Below are positions 1 to 12,400 of a DNA stretch of 64,000 nucleotides, in pieces. The notes beneath the pieces were generated by a model, which was given only the letters and a program-made list of their open reading frames with translations, had not been told where the DNA came from and ran no database searches. The translations under genes were made by a program, and so were the position numbers. The stretch comes from Bugula neritina. Its lineage: Eukaryota; Animalia; Bryozoa. Positions within the stretch are counted from its first letter, which is position 1. Each line of letters opens with the position of its first letter. The stretch lies in NCBI GenBank assembly GCA_964035545.1, contig OZ037770.1, forward strand, positions 14,126,642 to 14,190,641, in the 5' to 3' direction.

Positions 1-321
1 GCTACTTAGGTTTTCTATAGGCAAAAAAATGACAATATATATTGCAAAAACCGTTTTTATGTCAATGTGTTTTTTTTAAATGAGTAAATTGTTTTTTTTT
101 AACTAAAAAAAACTAAGCTTAGTTGCTACGTATGAAACTATTATGAATTTGTAAACTAAATATGATAATGATTATTTAATGCATTCAAAATATGTTATAT
201 AATTGCAAGCTTAAACCATAATATATTTTGCCGAAACAAAATTTAATGATTGCGGTTTTTCAATTACAATTACTTCATCAAAAGATAACAAAAACAAAAA
301 TTATTAAATTTTTTTACTTAC

Positions 322-1396
322 TAGATAAGGTAGGCATCTGAGGCTCAAAGAATAAAACTCCTGCAATAATGTGTACCAAGTGGACTGAACACATGGAGGC
401 CATGGCGTGTGAATATCCTAAGCTGTTGAACAGATTATTTGATATAATGGGCCACAACACAATACCGAGGAAATTCCCAATTCGACTCAGGGAAAACGCC
501 AGGTACTTGTAACGGTCAAAGTAATGAGGGAGTATTTGGGAGGTGGCAGAATAGCAGCTCGACATTCCAATGCCTGAAAGAAAAGTAATTTAAAAAACTT
601 CTCAGTATAATAGCTAAAATTTCCCTGTATGATACTTTTTGTTTTTTCTCTGCTAATATTTTTACCATGCAGTTGGCTATCACAGACCCTCATGTTGAAT
701 TTGGTGATGCAGTTATTTTATATAGTTAAAGTTTTAACTGTGAATGGAAAACAACCAACCTACTTGAAGTTTAAAAACAATGCAGTGGTTATATGTTAAC
801 ATTGACATTAAAATACCAAAATGGTAACAACAAAACTAAACTCTCTAAAATTTGAAAACAATTGCATTGATAATTTTGTTTAGCTCCACGTAAATTCTAA
901 ATAGGCTATAAATCCTTATTGCCATGGCAAGGCAGGTTATGACACCACAATATTTCTTACTATGACATCTTTATAAGCTGCTTAATATACCCATAAATTG
1001 ATATAAGGTATGACACAAACAATATATCACCTCTACTAAACTGTAGTTACACTATACCTGCAAGAACCCCAAACATTACAATGACATGCCATGGCTGGGT
1101 AGCTGTGGCCGACAGACCAACACCGAGGATGACACAGATTCCTCCAAATATCTGAGTGAACCGGCAGCCTATCTTCTTGATTAGCACGGCAGCAACAGGC
1201 CCTGCAAGTAGCAGTTAAAGCATTTCCTGCTTGCAATTGAAGTTATATACTCTAAAGGGTGTACAACAGTTTTGCCAAATATATTGTGAATGCTCCATAA
1301 AAGACACACACATACACACACACACACACACACGCACGCACACTGACACACGCACACACACACACACACACACGCACGCACGCACACACGCACGCA

Positions 1397-1428
<32 letters not shown>

Positions 1429-1720
1429 CACACATGCACGCACACTGACACACGCACACACACAACTTGAACTTTAATTTACTGAAATAAACTGAATAGC
1501 AAATATACCTACCAAAGAGCATCAAAGTTCCGATGTGCACTGATCCTATCACACTGCTATACTGTAAGTCTATGCTAAACACTTTTTGGTGAACGATGGT
1601 CAAGTTTCCCACAACTCCAAAGCTAAATCCCAAGTGCACAAACTGAGAAAATGTGGTTAACAGAAGAACTAGCCAGGCATACCCCCTGTCCTTCTCTAGT
1701 TGCGGCTTCTTGCAAAACAT
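322..1720 (-). CDS. Monocarboxylate transporter family (SLC16/MCT, MFS), first three coding exons; gene continues past position 1
   Basis: Exons 1720-1513, 1201-1058 and 573-322 are joined by phase-consistent GT-AG introns. Translation [10 protein letters not shown]...G|[20 protein letters not shown]...FGVLAG|[22 protein letters not shown] matches the MCT motifs (DGGW-like TM1, loop-2 GxR, YFxK/R). Confidence 0.88.
1303..1463. repeat. (CA)n/(CACG)n compound microsatellite in an MCT intron
   Basis: Directly visible; source of the CVCV and THTH pseudo-ORFs. Confidence 0.97.
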
Positions 1721-2205
1721 TTTGCTTATGGTCTGTTTGTCTACTGAAAAAAATTAGTGAAATATATTAGGTATTTATACTATATTTGATAAAAGAAATT
1801 ACTCATTTACTTGACTACAAACTTGTTTCGCTCAATAAAGTATAATCATTGGGTCGTTTTATATATTACATATTATATATATACACATATCTGTACATAC
1901 ATATGCACTAATAACTTAATTGCTCTTAGATCCTACATATTTTAGTACACAGCAGTAGTTAATTGCTGAAGTTATTTTAGCAACTGTTCTTCGTCACAAG
2001 TGAAACAAAGTATTGAGAAACTTTGAAGCACTCAGTTATAGTAACCAACAAAATTGCTCGGTCATAATTAACTTGGAAAATTAGCCAAGCAGTCAATTAT
2101 ACTCTGAAAACAATAGTGCATTCCTCTTGCAATACAAATCACTGAGGAAAGATTGGGTAAATGACTTGCTGTATTTTAGTTAAAGGTAATTTTAATACTT
2201 ATGAA

Positions 2206-2361
2206 ATATATATATATATATATATTTTTTTTTTCTTAAGAATGCGATGATGCGGTAAACGAAATAAAAATAAAAATATATATAAAAAAGAAATAATTAT
2301 ATATATATATATATTTTTTTTTTATTTTTTTTTCTTAAGAATGCGATGATGCGGTAAACGA
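2206..2361. repeat. Local direct duplication of (TA)n-T-run-CTTAAGAATGCGATGATGCGGTAAACGA
   Basis: The same unit is at about 2206-2262 and 2299-2361. Confidence 0.85.
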
Positions 2362-2386
2362 CACCAGGTTATGTGCTGATATGCTG

Positions 2387-2400
2387 TAAGAATGACAACG

Positions 2401-2480
<80 letters not shown>

Positions 2481-2494
2481 CGTTGTCATTCTTA
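2387..2494. repeat. Perfect palindrome with a (TA)n centre
   Basis: TAAGAATGACAACGTCA-(TA)n-TGACGTTGTCATTCTTA. Confidence 0.92.
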
Positions 2495-4687
2495 TAATCA
2501 TAAGAAAATATTAGACAAGTTACTTATATATAGTTCTTGTTTGTGCAAACAATTCGGAAATAAACAACGCAAATTTAAATGCTGTGGCAGATTAAGCGTG
2601 TTGTTTAAATATACAATGTGAGATTTGATGATGAATTTTGTATATTTTAGCAATTAAATCTTTTCAGATTTTTTTTCAAAATGTCGTAGAGTAGAATATT
2701 AAAAGATGTTAAGTTGGCAATTGAAACATTTTCAGCGTTTTAGAACACAAGTTCTGGTGACAAACCAAGCTTGAATATATATTAATTAAAATGTAATAGG
2801 AAGTAAATAAAAGTCACAAGGCTGGTAGTACCCGTCATTAAACAGAAAGCTTTCTTAAGTTCAGCTGCTATGTTGAGAGGTCAATGCAAAGCGCATAGAG
2901 ACATTAATGTAAATTTATCACTTTGCAATTTGCCTTAATTTAGTTTTTGAGATATATTGGTTGTTTTAAGAAGGTTATTTTTAATAGACTACAAAATTGC
3001 GCAGCAATTGAGTAAAATGTTAGGAATCCTATATAACAGACTTAAGATAATTTTTAATTATACATTGGAAACCTAGGCTAACATGTCTACAGTTCCTCAA
3101 AGAGACCTTACCCCACCTAAGAGATTTATAGGGCTAATCTAACAAAGAACATATAAGATATGCTAAAAGTAGTAGCCTAATGAATACCTAACACACTTTA
3201 TTTATGCATTAATAAAATATTCATATATGTTTTAGCTATAGTCATTTATATAGATTGAGCAGATATGATGGTTTACATTCTATGAATTTTAAAGCCAGTT
3301 CAGTAATTAAACTGTGTGTTGCAGCATCTAAGAATAACATGCAATGGAACCCAGCACTAATTACTATTCGTTTGATAAAACTGCACACATAAAAGCCAAT
3401 TTGAAGCAATTAGAAGTATTATTAATTGACTCAAGACGCATTTGCTCAAAGTTTAATATAAAACCAAGATTTTTGAAGATACAATACTATACATCAGTGT
3501 GTATATAGGTTATATGTACTAGTTAAGATATGTATGAAGATTTTTTTAATGCACAAATGAAGTGTGTCAAGATTCTTTAAGATTACTAACTGTAATAGGA
3601 GCTAACAAATGATTGTACGAATACTTACTGTTGATGTAACACACCCCGAGTATGGGCACCGATTCACAATGCCAGCATGCAATGTCTGACCAAACACTGA
3701 ACCTATTTTCATGATTCATTATTGCTTAATTCAACAGACTAAGCATTTGCACCTGCTTTGATATACCTTTAATCAGAAATCAGTGAAGCGTGATCGCCCT
3801 TGCGCAACTTTGTATTTTTATTACAGTGCAAAATCTTTTGCATGCTTAACAGACAATATTGTTCTGTTTACTGGTGAATTTCACCTTGAACTATGTCTTG
3901 AATCATATTAACTATTAAAAATAATAAGTTCGATACTGAAATGTTGAAAATATTGCATAGTCATTTGCTATGAAAGCCCAAGGATGGAAGTGATTGTTAG
4001 ATGTTAAATATCAAATTGATTACAGAAGAATGTTGTGATTTAAATTAATGAAATAAATCATACAATGCATTCTTACTGATGCAACGGATTTTATTATTTG
4101 ATGTTTGGAAACAGTTGAATCAAATGAAACCACATCGACAAGTTAACATAAACCCGTAACCACAAATCTATCTTTATATACAGATCCATTGAAGCAATTG
4201 AAATGGAGTGCTTTTTCAAACTAAAGCGAGCATATTACAGGTGATCTTCTGAGATGCTGGAGAAAAGTTTAAAAGCATAAAAAATAGAAGTAACGAGCAT
4301 CGTCATTGTGCTTTTTGTAAGATCCTATCTATATAATAATAAATTAAATTAAACACATTACTAAAGGCTCCTAGATTAGAAATTATTACTCAATCAAAGC
4401 ACATTTGCGTTGCCTATTAAAATGATTAACCGGTCTAATGGAAATGGTATATTATAGAGCGTAACCAAACTTGTCTGCAACTGTCTGTTTTTCATACCCA
4501 GTTACCAATACTTTTTTAGACAGGATCAAGTTCATATAATATCAATCACAAACTCTCGCAAAAAATCACAAAGCAAATTTATATGTTTTTTTCACAACGT
4601 AGGCTACTTGAGCTTAAAATAATTTATCACTAAATGCAAATAGAGAAAAATTCAATTATTTTAATATAATATATGCCTATATAAGTA

Positions 4688-4689
<2 letters not shown>

Positions 4690-4764
<75 letters not shown>
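4690..4764. repeat. (TA)n microsatellite
   Basis: Directly visible. Confidence 0.97.
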
Positions 4765-4768
<4 letters not shown>

Positions 4769-4817
4769 AATAGGTATACGAGAAACATTGTTATTTATTA
4801 CTTTATTAGGTAAAGTA

Positions 4818-4866
4818 ATTACACTGATATTTCGGGTACCACTGTACCCATCTTCAGAGTAGCAAT
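4818..4866 (-). ncRNA. Minimal type I hammerhead ribozyme (mirror copy)
   Basis: Exact reverse complement of 4899-4947 within the palindrome. Confidence 0.75.
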
Positions 4867-4898
4867 GAATGAAATTCAAAAATTTTTGAATTTCATTC

Positions 4899-4947
4899 AT
4901 TGCTACTCTGAAGATGGGTACAGTGGTACCCGAAATATCAGTGTAAT
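4899..4947 (+). ncRNA. Minimal type I hammerhead ribozyme
   Basis: Stem I ATTGC(T)ACT/AGTGTAAT; core CTGAAGA (4908-4914) plus an extra T; stem II GGGTAC-AGTG-GTACCC; GAAA (4932-4935); minimal stem III ATAT; predicted cleavage after AUC at 4939. Confidence 0.78.
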
Positions 4948-5030
4948 TACTTTACCTAATAAAGTAATAAATAACAATGTTTCTCGTATACCTATTTATA
5001 ATCAAATTGCTAGCTCGTAAAGATATATTT

Positions 5031-5318
<288 letters not shown>

Positions 5319-6430
5319 CAATGCTGCATATATAAGACTTTCAATTTATGAAATCAAGTAAATATGATATATAAAAACGAAGCGTGCATGAAAGATATTA
5401 GAAGATATTACAAAACATATAAATACAAACTACAATGATGATCACCAGGCATATGCAATAAGTGATTTTACAGCGATCTCTATAACATTATAAAAAAAAT
5501 TCTTGGTGATCTTATTATTCATGATGCATGCAATTCACTATTCATATATTTATTATGTATTCACCAAAGAGTTTTATTTTAATGTAAAGTTTTTATTGTA
5601 GCTAGAAAATCTTTTAAAAGCTGACAAATTTGTCCTATATATAAGTTATGCTATATCAAGTTAACACCTGATCTAGCTACCAAGACTACTGTAGATTCAC
5701 CACTTACCATGAGCATCCTAATTCAGTGTAATATGATTCAATGAGCGATGTTAATTAACATACCGTTAATTTATACCAAATCGAAAGGCGTTCGCCATTG
5801 ATTAACCATGACTTGGCATTTTAAATAAACAATTCAAAATGAACACCACAAATTAATCAAAAGGTTACATTTTAGAATGTAATGCCAATACAACAATGAT
5901 TACACTTTTATTATGCATATAACAAGATGACATAAATGGTAATATAACTGTTTATAATTGAACTAATTTTAGGACTAGCTCCTGCATGAGATTGCGGTTT
6001 TTACTACCTTGCACTGCCATGTAGTCCTGGAGAGAGTTTATTCTTGCAAATGTATTTTTAGTGCATATATATGCTAAAAGTGTGTTAGCAATTGTATATA
6101 GTATAGTGCTATCTTTGAATGCATGTTGCCAATATAAGTGTGATTCTTCTGTCAATTTTAGAGGTTCCTTAATTAGGTGACACAGCAAAAAAGAAATTCT
6201 CTTGTTAATTATAATATATGGTTGTTTAGCTGAAGATAGAACTTTTTGCACCCTATTCTGCTAAAAACAATAAACAGCTCTCTGTGGAAAGTCGTTGTCT
6301 TGAAATAACACAAAACAACAATTAGTTTGGGGCAAAAACAGATTCAAGTAGAGCAGTTCTACAGTTCTTCTGCAGACAGAGCTGCAATTTATGAGAGTCT
6401 ATATTTACATCCGCATGGATACGTTAGTGA

Positions 6431-9400
6431 TTAGAGCTTCCCCTGTTTGCAAAAATGAATAAATAAAGTGTTAGATATACTTAATCATAATATATAGTTT
6501 GACTAACTTCGCAAAAAGCTATTGGTATGTATCAAAACTGGTGTGCGTAATTGTTAACTGATTACCTAATGTATGTGAGCTATATATAGTTACAGTAATT
6601 TAGCATCTTAAATGTATAATATTTTTATAAGAGCTTCATAAGATAACAACACAAATAATATATCATAAGACAATGCAATATTATTTATTCAGCAGCAGCT
6701 AATAATGTGTAGTTGGTTTTTTATTTTTGACTTTAAAGTTGCCAACCAAAACTTTTTAAGTTTTCATATGTTGTAAAGTTGGAATTGGTTCATCAAAGCA
6801 TTAGTCAATATGTGTTTTATTTGGTACACATTGTTAATCAGCTAGTATAGACCACATCATTTTTGCAACAGGTTTAAAAATATCTCCCAGTGCTGCCATT
6901 AAAGGCATCATGTGAAAACATTTGGGATACAATGTATATAATAAAAACATTAGTTTTGCAGAATTGCTTTGATACCTGGTAAAAATTTTTTAATAACTAC
7001 AATTATTTAACTAGTAATCATCATTTTCTTTTGTCCGAGCGTATTTATTTTACAATTTGATATAGTAGATGCTTTCTCTTCAAATGCAGTGAACATATAT
7101 TATGACACGGGTTTAAATTATCAGATTAATTTTATTAGATGCTGTATGAAGATTATAACATAAAATGAAAAATAGTACTATAGCTATTAAAACAAAAACA
7201 ATAAATGAACAATAATTAAGAACAATGAATAAACGATAAAAGATCAATAAAAACATAATATTTTTGAACTAAATTTAAATTCTGAAAGTCATCAAATGCC
7301 AATTTGAAATTATCTTGAGACAGACAACTTTTTATTAAAATATTTTTATAAAAATAAAATGATCTTAAGATATTTTGGTAACTTTTTGTATCTGCAAACA
7401 AAAATAGTGAAGCAAAAAACTAATACCGTACAAGCAGTTATGTTATGTTTAGAATATAGGTATATTAAACACATTGATTTGAACACAGCATTTGTACTAT
7501 AGCACATTTTTTTCTTGAACTAAAAACAAAACTATGCACAAAAAAATCTCAAATCAAAATTAAAAGTTGGCTCCAATGTTTATGGGGTTTACTGTAAGTA
7601 TTTATGCTGTTGGCAAAAGTTCCTGAAACAGAAAAAAAAAAGAAATATAGAACAAATTAATGTACAGATATGAGAGAGAGAAAATGTGTATGAACATATA
7701 AACTACTTGTATGAGCTATAGAATACCTGTATAAGCATATAAGTTGTAACCTGTTTGGGCATATAAACTACCTGTATAGGCCTCTAGCAATTAATGTAGG
7801 CGTTGTTATTGTTACACATAAAACGCATGCTAATATAAAACAGGCTTCTAAAAATATCACAACAAGCTGAAGTGTTTGTCACAAGTGATGAGCAGACAAA
7901 GCTGATACACTTCATTGCTTACATTTGGCAAGTAGATGTCACTGCTGCAATCACCACCAGGGTACCTGACTTCATGTGCCACTACAGGGCCATCTGGCTC
8001 CTTGCCAAAGTCTACCAGAAACTTGTTGTTGATGGTGAGTCCTCCTCCAACAGTATCCACATCAACTTGCACCATGGCTGTTCCATTACTAGAAAACGAT
8101 AAATAAATAAGTCTGTGCTAGTACAGCACTTTTCTTTAGAAAGCTACATGAGCCAAATTTAACATATGGTTTATCGCAGTTTTATACAATGCTGTAGGCC
8201 TAGGTGCCTACATAATGCATAGCTCACACATTTTCAAATACTTATAACTTTTGAATAGTGAACAGACAGTTTTAAAGTTCTATATTAGCATATAAAAGCA
8301 ATTTGAGCAGTTGAGTGACTTCTCTGAATACTCCTAAGATAAAACTCATAGTTGGCCGGGTTTCTACTAACTAAATCATGAACGTGTTGACTACATATGG
8401 GCAATATGTCACTCGCATATACACTAGGCAGTGAACATCGTTCACTCATCTCTCCATGCAGTACCAGCCTGTGACAAGCTAATTAAAACATGACATCCCT
8501 AATTTATTGTTATGTAAATAAAATGCAAATTAAATTTTAATTTTTGACCACGCTCAATGATCGAAAAGGAATTTTACACAATACCTGAATACTAATTTTT
8601 GTCTTATAACAATGGACAAATTTGAACTCTAACTAGACCAATGGCTTTGTGGTATAAGCTAAAGACTGAGAGTCACATGACTAGTCACATGAGCTGTAAG
8701 TAGTCACATGGGTAGTGACACAAGTATTCACATGACTACCCACTTGGGTAGTCACATGACTAGTCACATGACTAATCACATGAGCTGTCACATTAGTAAC
8801 TACCTGATCAGATTCGGATAGAACTGCCTGTCCCAAGGAGTGAGCAAAGAGTCCGTCACATAGAGTCTCTTCCCGTCCAGACTGAGTTGTATCATCTGAG
8901 GTCCGCCGTGCAGAACACGACCTTGAACCTTTGCTGCTGCCGGCTGCTCACTGAGCTCCTTGTCGTCGGTGACCTTCACCGACCCTTCCTTAGTGATTGA
9001 TCCACCGAGGAACACCTGCAATAAGTGACAAACTCACTTGCAATATTGCTATTAGATGCACTGTATATCTTGTAATGAGAGAGTATAATCGAGTTTATAG
9101 TTATTAAGAAAGTATTATGCTTCAATATTCACCAAAACATATTATGATATCAATCATAGAAAGCCATAGTTTGAGTTGTACGTTTGGGAGGTGAGCCAAA
9201 ATACACAAGTTTTTAAACTGGAGAGTGATTCAGATAGTGAATATTTAGCTTTTAATGGCCTATATGAAAGAGGAATGGTTTATAAGTTAAACATACAGTG
9301 GTGTACTGCATTGAAAAATAATTGCCCCCACTAGGAATCGAATCCGAAACCTTCAGTCTTGCAAGCAAGTGTGCTACCATTACACCACAGAGGCCACTGC

Positions 9401-12400
9401 AGGGTAAACTCAACACTACATCCCACCCAGTTCTCTGAACTTCACCGGCCTATCTATACAACTCTCTCAGTCTTCAGGCACCCCTGGCCTCTCAACTCCC
9501 TTGGAGTACTACTACTACACTTCACTAAAGGCCGAAATAACTTGAAAATTATTTTGCCCAAACTGGGATTCAAACTCGAGACCTCTGGCTTGCAAGCAAG
9601 TGTGCTAACCACTACACCATTGGGACATTGGGTAAACTCAACACTACATGCATTATTAACAGTTTCTACTATTAATTGGTAATTTTTTTTATAGAATTTG
9701 AAGATTATATAACACGTCAACGAAAATATTATTCAACAGTGGAATGTTTATTTGTTGAAATGCTACATTTCATTACAGAACAACCAACAAAGGTAGTTAA
9801 GGAGAGGACAATTCTTAATTTAGTAGAAATAAAGGTGATTTAAGGTTTTCATTGAAACATCATACTTATCCAATAAGCTTTTTGACACTTTTTTTAATTG
9901 AAATGAAATTTTGAAATCATTGTATTATTAGGAATGTTTATTGCAAAAAGTCTATTCTATGAACAAAACTCTAAATTTGTGAGAATATGAAACATATTCA
10001 TCATTTAAAGCACATCAAATTTGCAAAAATTTAGATTACTGAAAGTTCGTGTCTAGTGAATTTAAATTTTAGGACAGGAAACTCTCAAATATTTTGGATG
10101 AGTTAGAAATAATATTTCTTTGACCCGGAGAAAGCTAAATGCTAAAATCACATTAGAAGATCTGAGTACATTATCAAACAAAGATTCCTGCACAACATAC
10201 GACATAGAAAATGTACTACCAAAATGTGTATGTTAACACCTATCTGCAATGGATGTGACGATTTAGACACATTTAACCCAGTGCAATTGACAAAGCAGTA
10301 TTCAGTCACTCTGAGTTAGACATATTCACTCACCTGACCAACGAGTTTAGGGGCAGCAGGATCTGTGATGTCATACTGTCGAATGTCTCCGTGCAGCCAG
10401 TTGGAGAAGAAGAGAAACCTGTCATCCATTGATATCAGGATATCAGTGATTAGTCCTGCATGGTTACATAATATCAGCATGTATATAATAATAATAACAA
10501 CACAAACAATAAATAACTATATCTAAATGTATTATAATTTAAAATGAAATATAATTGATAACGTAGTAACTAATAATTGATTTCTTGAGATTTGGTGTTT
10601 AGTATATAATTATATTATTAGCAAGTAGAAGTTTGTAATCTAGACAGAGATGAACATATTATTAATATTATACAGTTGTAGATAAGCTGGTGAAACTGAT
10701 GTGAGAGGGTATTACAGAACCAAGAGCGGATATTATATCACTTGACAGCACTAAAAGTGGCAGCAGTTGCATAGCAACCATCAAGCTTGTCGCTGTTTGC
10801 ATGGATGTGGAAAGTCACATTAACAAGTTATTGGCAAATTTGAAATTAAACTTGACTAGGATTAATTTGCTCTGACACAAGACGTAGCGCTTGAGGCATA
10901 AGAAATTGATTAAAGCAGTAGTTAGAATAATAGGTATGACATACCGGGCATGTTAGGTAAAGCCCATCCTTCAACTGCCTTTGGACTCACAGCTATTATC
11001 TTCTCAGCCTCCCATTTGCCACTTTCCTAAAAGCAGACATAAAATAATTTTATAATATGTCAAAATTCTGAACCAAAGAAAAATGTAATATATTTTGCTT
11101 CTTTGTACAGTAAGCGGTTTCAGTCACAAAGAATATTCAAATCAAATCAAATTAAAATGGATCTTTCTCTAATTGGATAAGAGCAGACAGCTAATATGTT
11201 TTATTACTGTGTAGGTAAAAGTATGTGTCAGAATTATGGACTAAATAAAACATTTAAATAGTTTTTTGCTTATTTGTACAGTGAAAATAACAATACTATG
11301 TTTATCAAATCGAATTAAAAGGTTTCCCATGTCTATTGAATAAGAGAAGACAACTAATACATTTCACTTTTCTGAATATAAAAATTATTTGTTGGAAAAC
11401 TTAATCAAATAAAACACATGAAAGGAACCTAGTGGAAGAGAGAAGACAACTAATATATTTTATTTTTCTGGCGACAGAGTGTTGTAGACTACTACGTATA
11501 GTAGGACTCACTTGGTTCAGTTCAAACTTGAAGATGGTGCTGGAAAGAGCACAACCAACAAAGCCGACTGGTTTCTCAGGATTGTGGAGGAACCGGATTT
11601 CCAGAGGGATAAGACCCTCCTCTCCTAGGGGCACTGAGTACTGGTACTTCCTCTTGTTGAAGTCCCACACATGCAGAGAGGTGCCATAATCTGTCGTCAT
11701 AGTAACAAGATAACAAATAAAGCATACTGCATACAGATATAAAAAGAAATGAATAGTTGCAACCATATGGTGTTGTTCAAAAACCTTGAAGCTGTCCAGA
11801 ATACTGTCAGGTACTGAGAAAAGACAACTTCACAAGACAACCCTCGTTCAATTAAATACTTTATGTGTGTTAAACTGTGTTAAATAATGCAGGCAGCATT
11901 CATGAATGCTGAATTTTGAGTGGAATGTGTTTCGTTTGATGTCTGAACGGCTACTGATATCAATCCAATAAGCTAAAAATTGGCAACAGTGCAGATACAT
12001 CAAAAGATTATAAAAACTGCAGCAGGCAATATTTGCTTCAACATAGCTGTGAAATACAGCCAAGTTTTATTTTGAATATTGATTGAAGATAGTCTACCAA
12101 TGCATTGATGCATTCCACCACCAAACGGGCAAATAAATGAAATTATATCAAACTGTAGAAAGCTATAGTCATGCAACTATGGTCAGCTCTTTCTAATAAC
12201 AGCAATATTAGTAACTCTCTTTAATTTAGTATGCATGGCTGATGCTGAAAAAGAAACCATTTTAAACTATAAGCTTCGATAAGATAGGCAACTGGTATAG
12301 TAAATGTGACAAACAGATAAGAAACCTCATAAATAATCTTTTAGAATTTAACCTCAATTCATTAACCTCCTATAAAAAATAACAATAATTGACAAGCAAT

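Larger units (their letters stand above)
4765..5022. mobile_element. Penelope-like element remnant: inverted pLTR pair forming a 236-bp perfect palindrome (4765-5000) plus a short tail, between (TA)n tracts
   Basis: Arms 4765-4882 and 4883-5000 are exact reverse complements with no spacer. Each arm has a hammerhead core followed by AATAAA. (TA)n lies on both sides. Confidence 0.7.

Noticed and set aside
1215-1470. CVCV and THTH-rich ORFs (also 33942-34384)
   Set aside because: Translations of intronic (CA)n microsatellites.
9312-9648. tRNA gene cluster or CRISPR-like repeat-spacer
   Set aside because: The cloverleaves are imperfect, there are only two repeats, and the TG..CA ends with TSDs fit a TRIM in a eukaryotic context.
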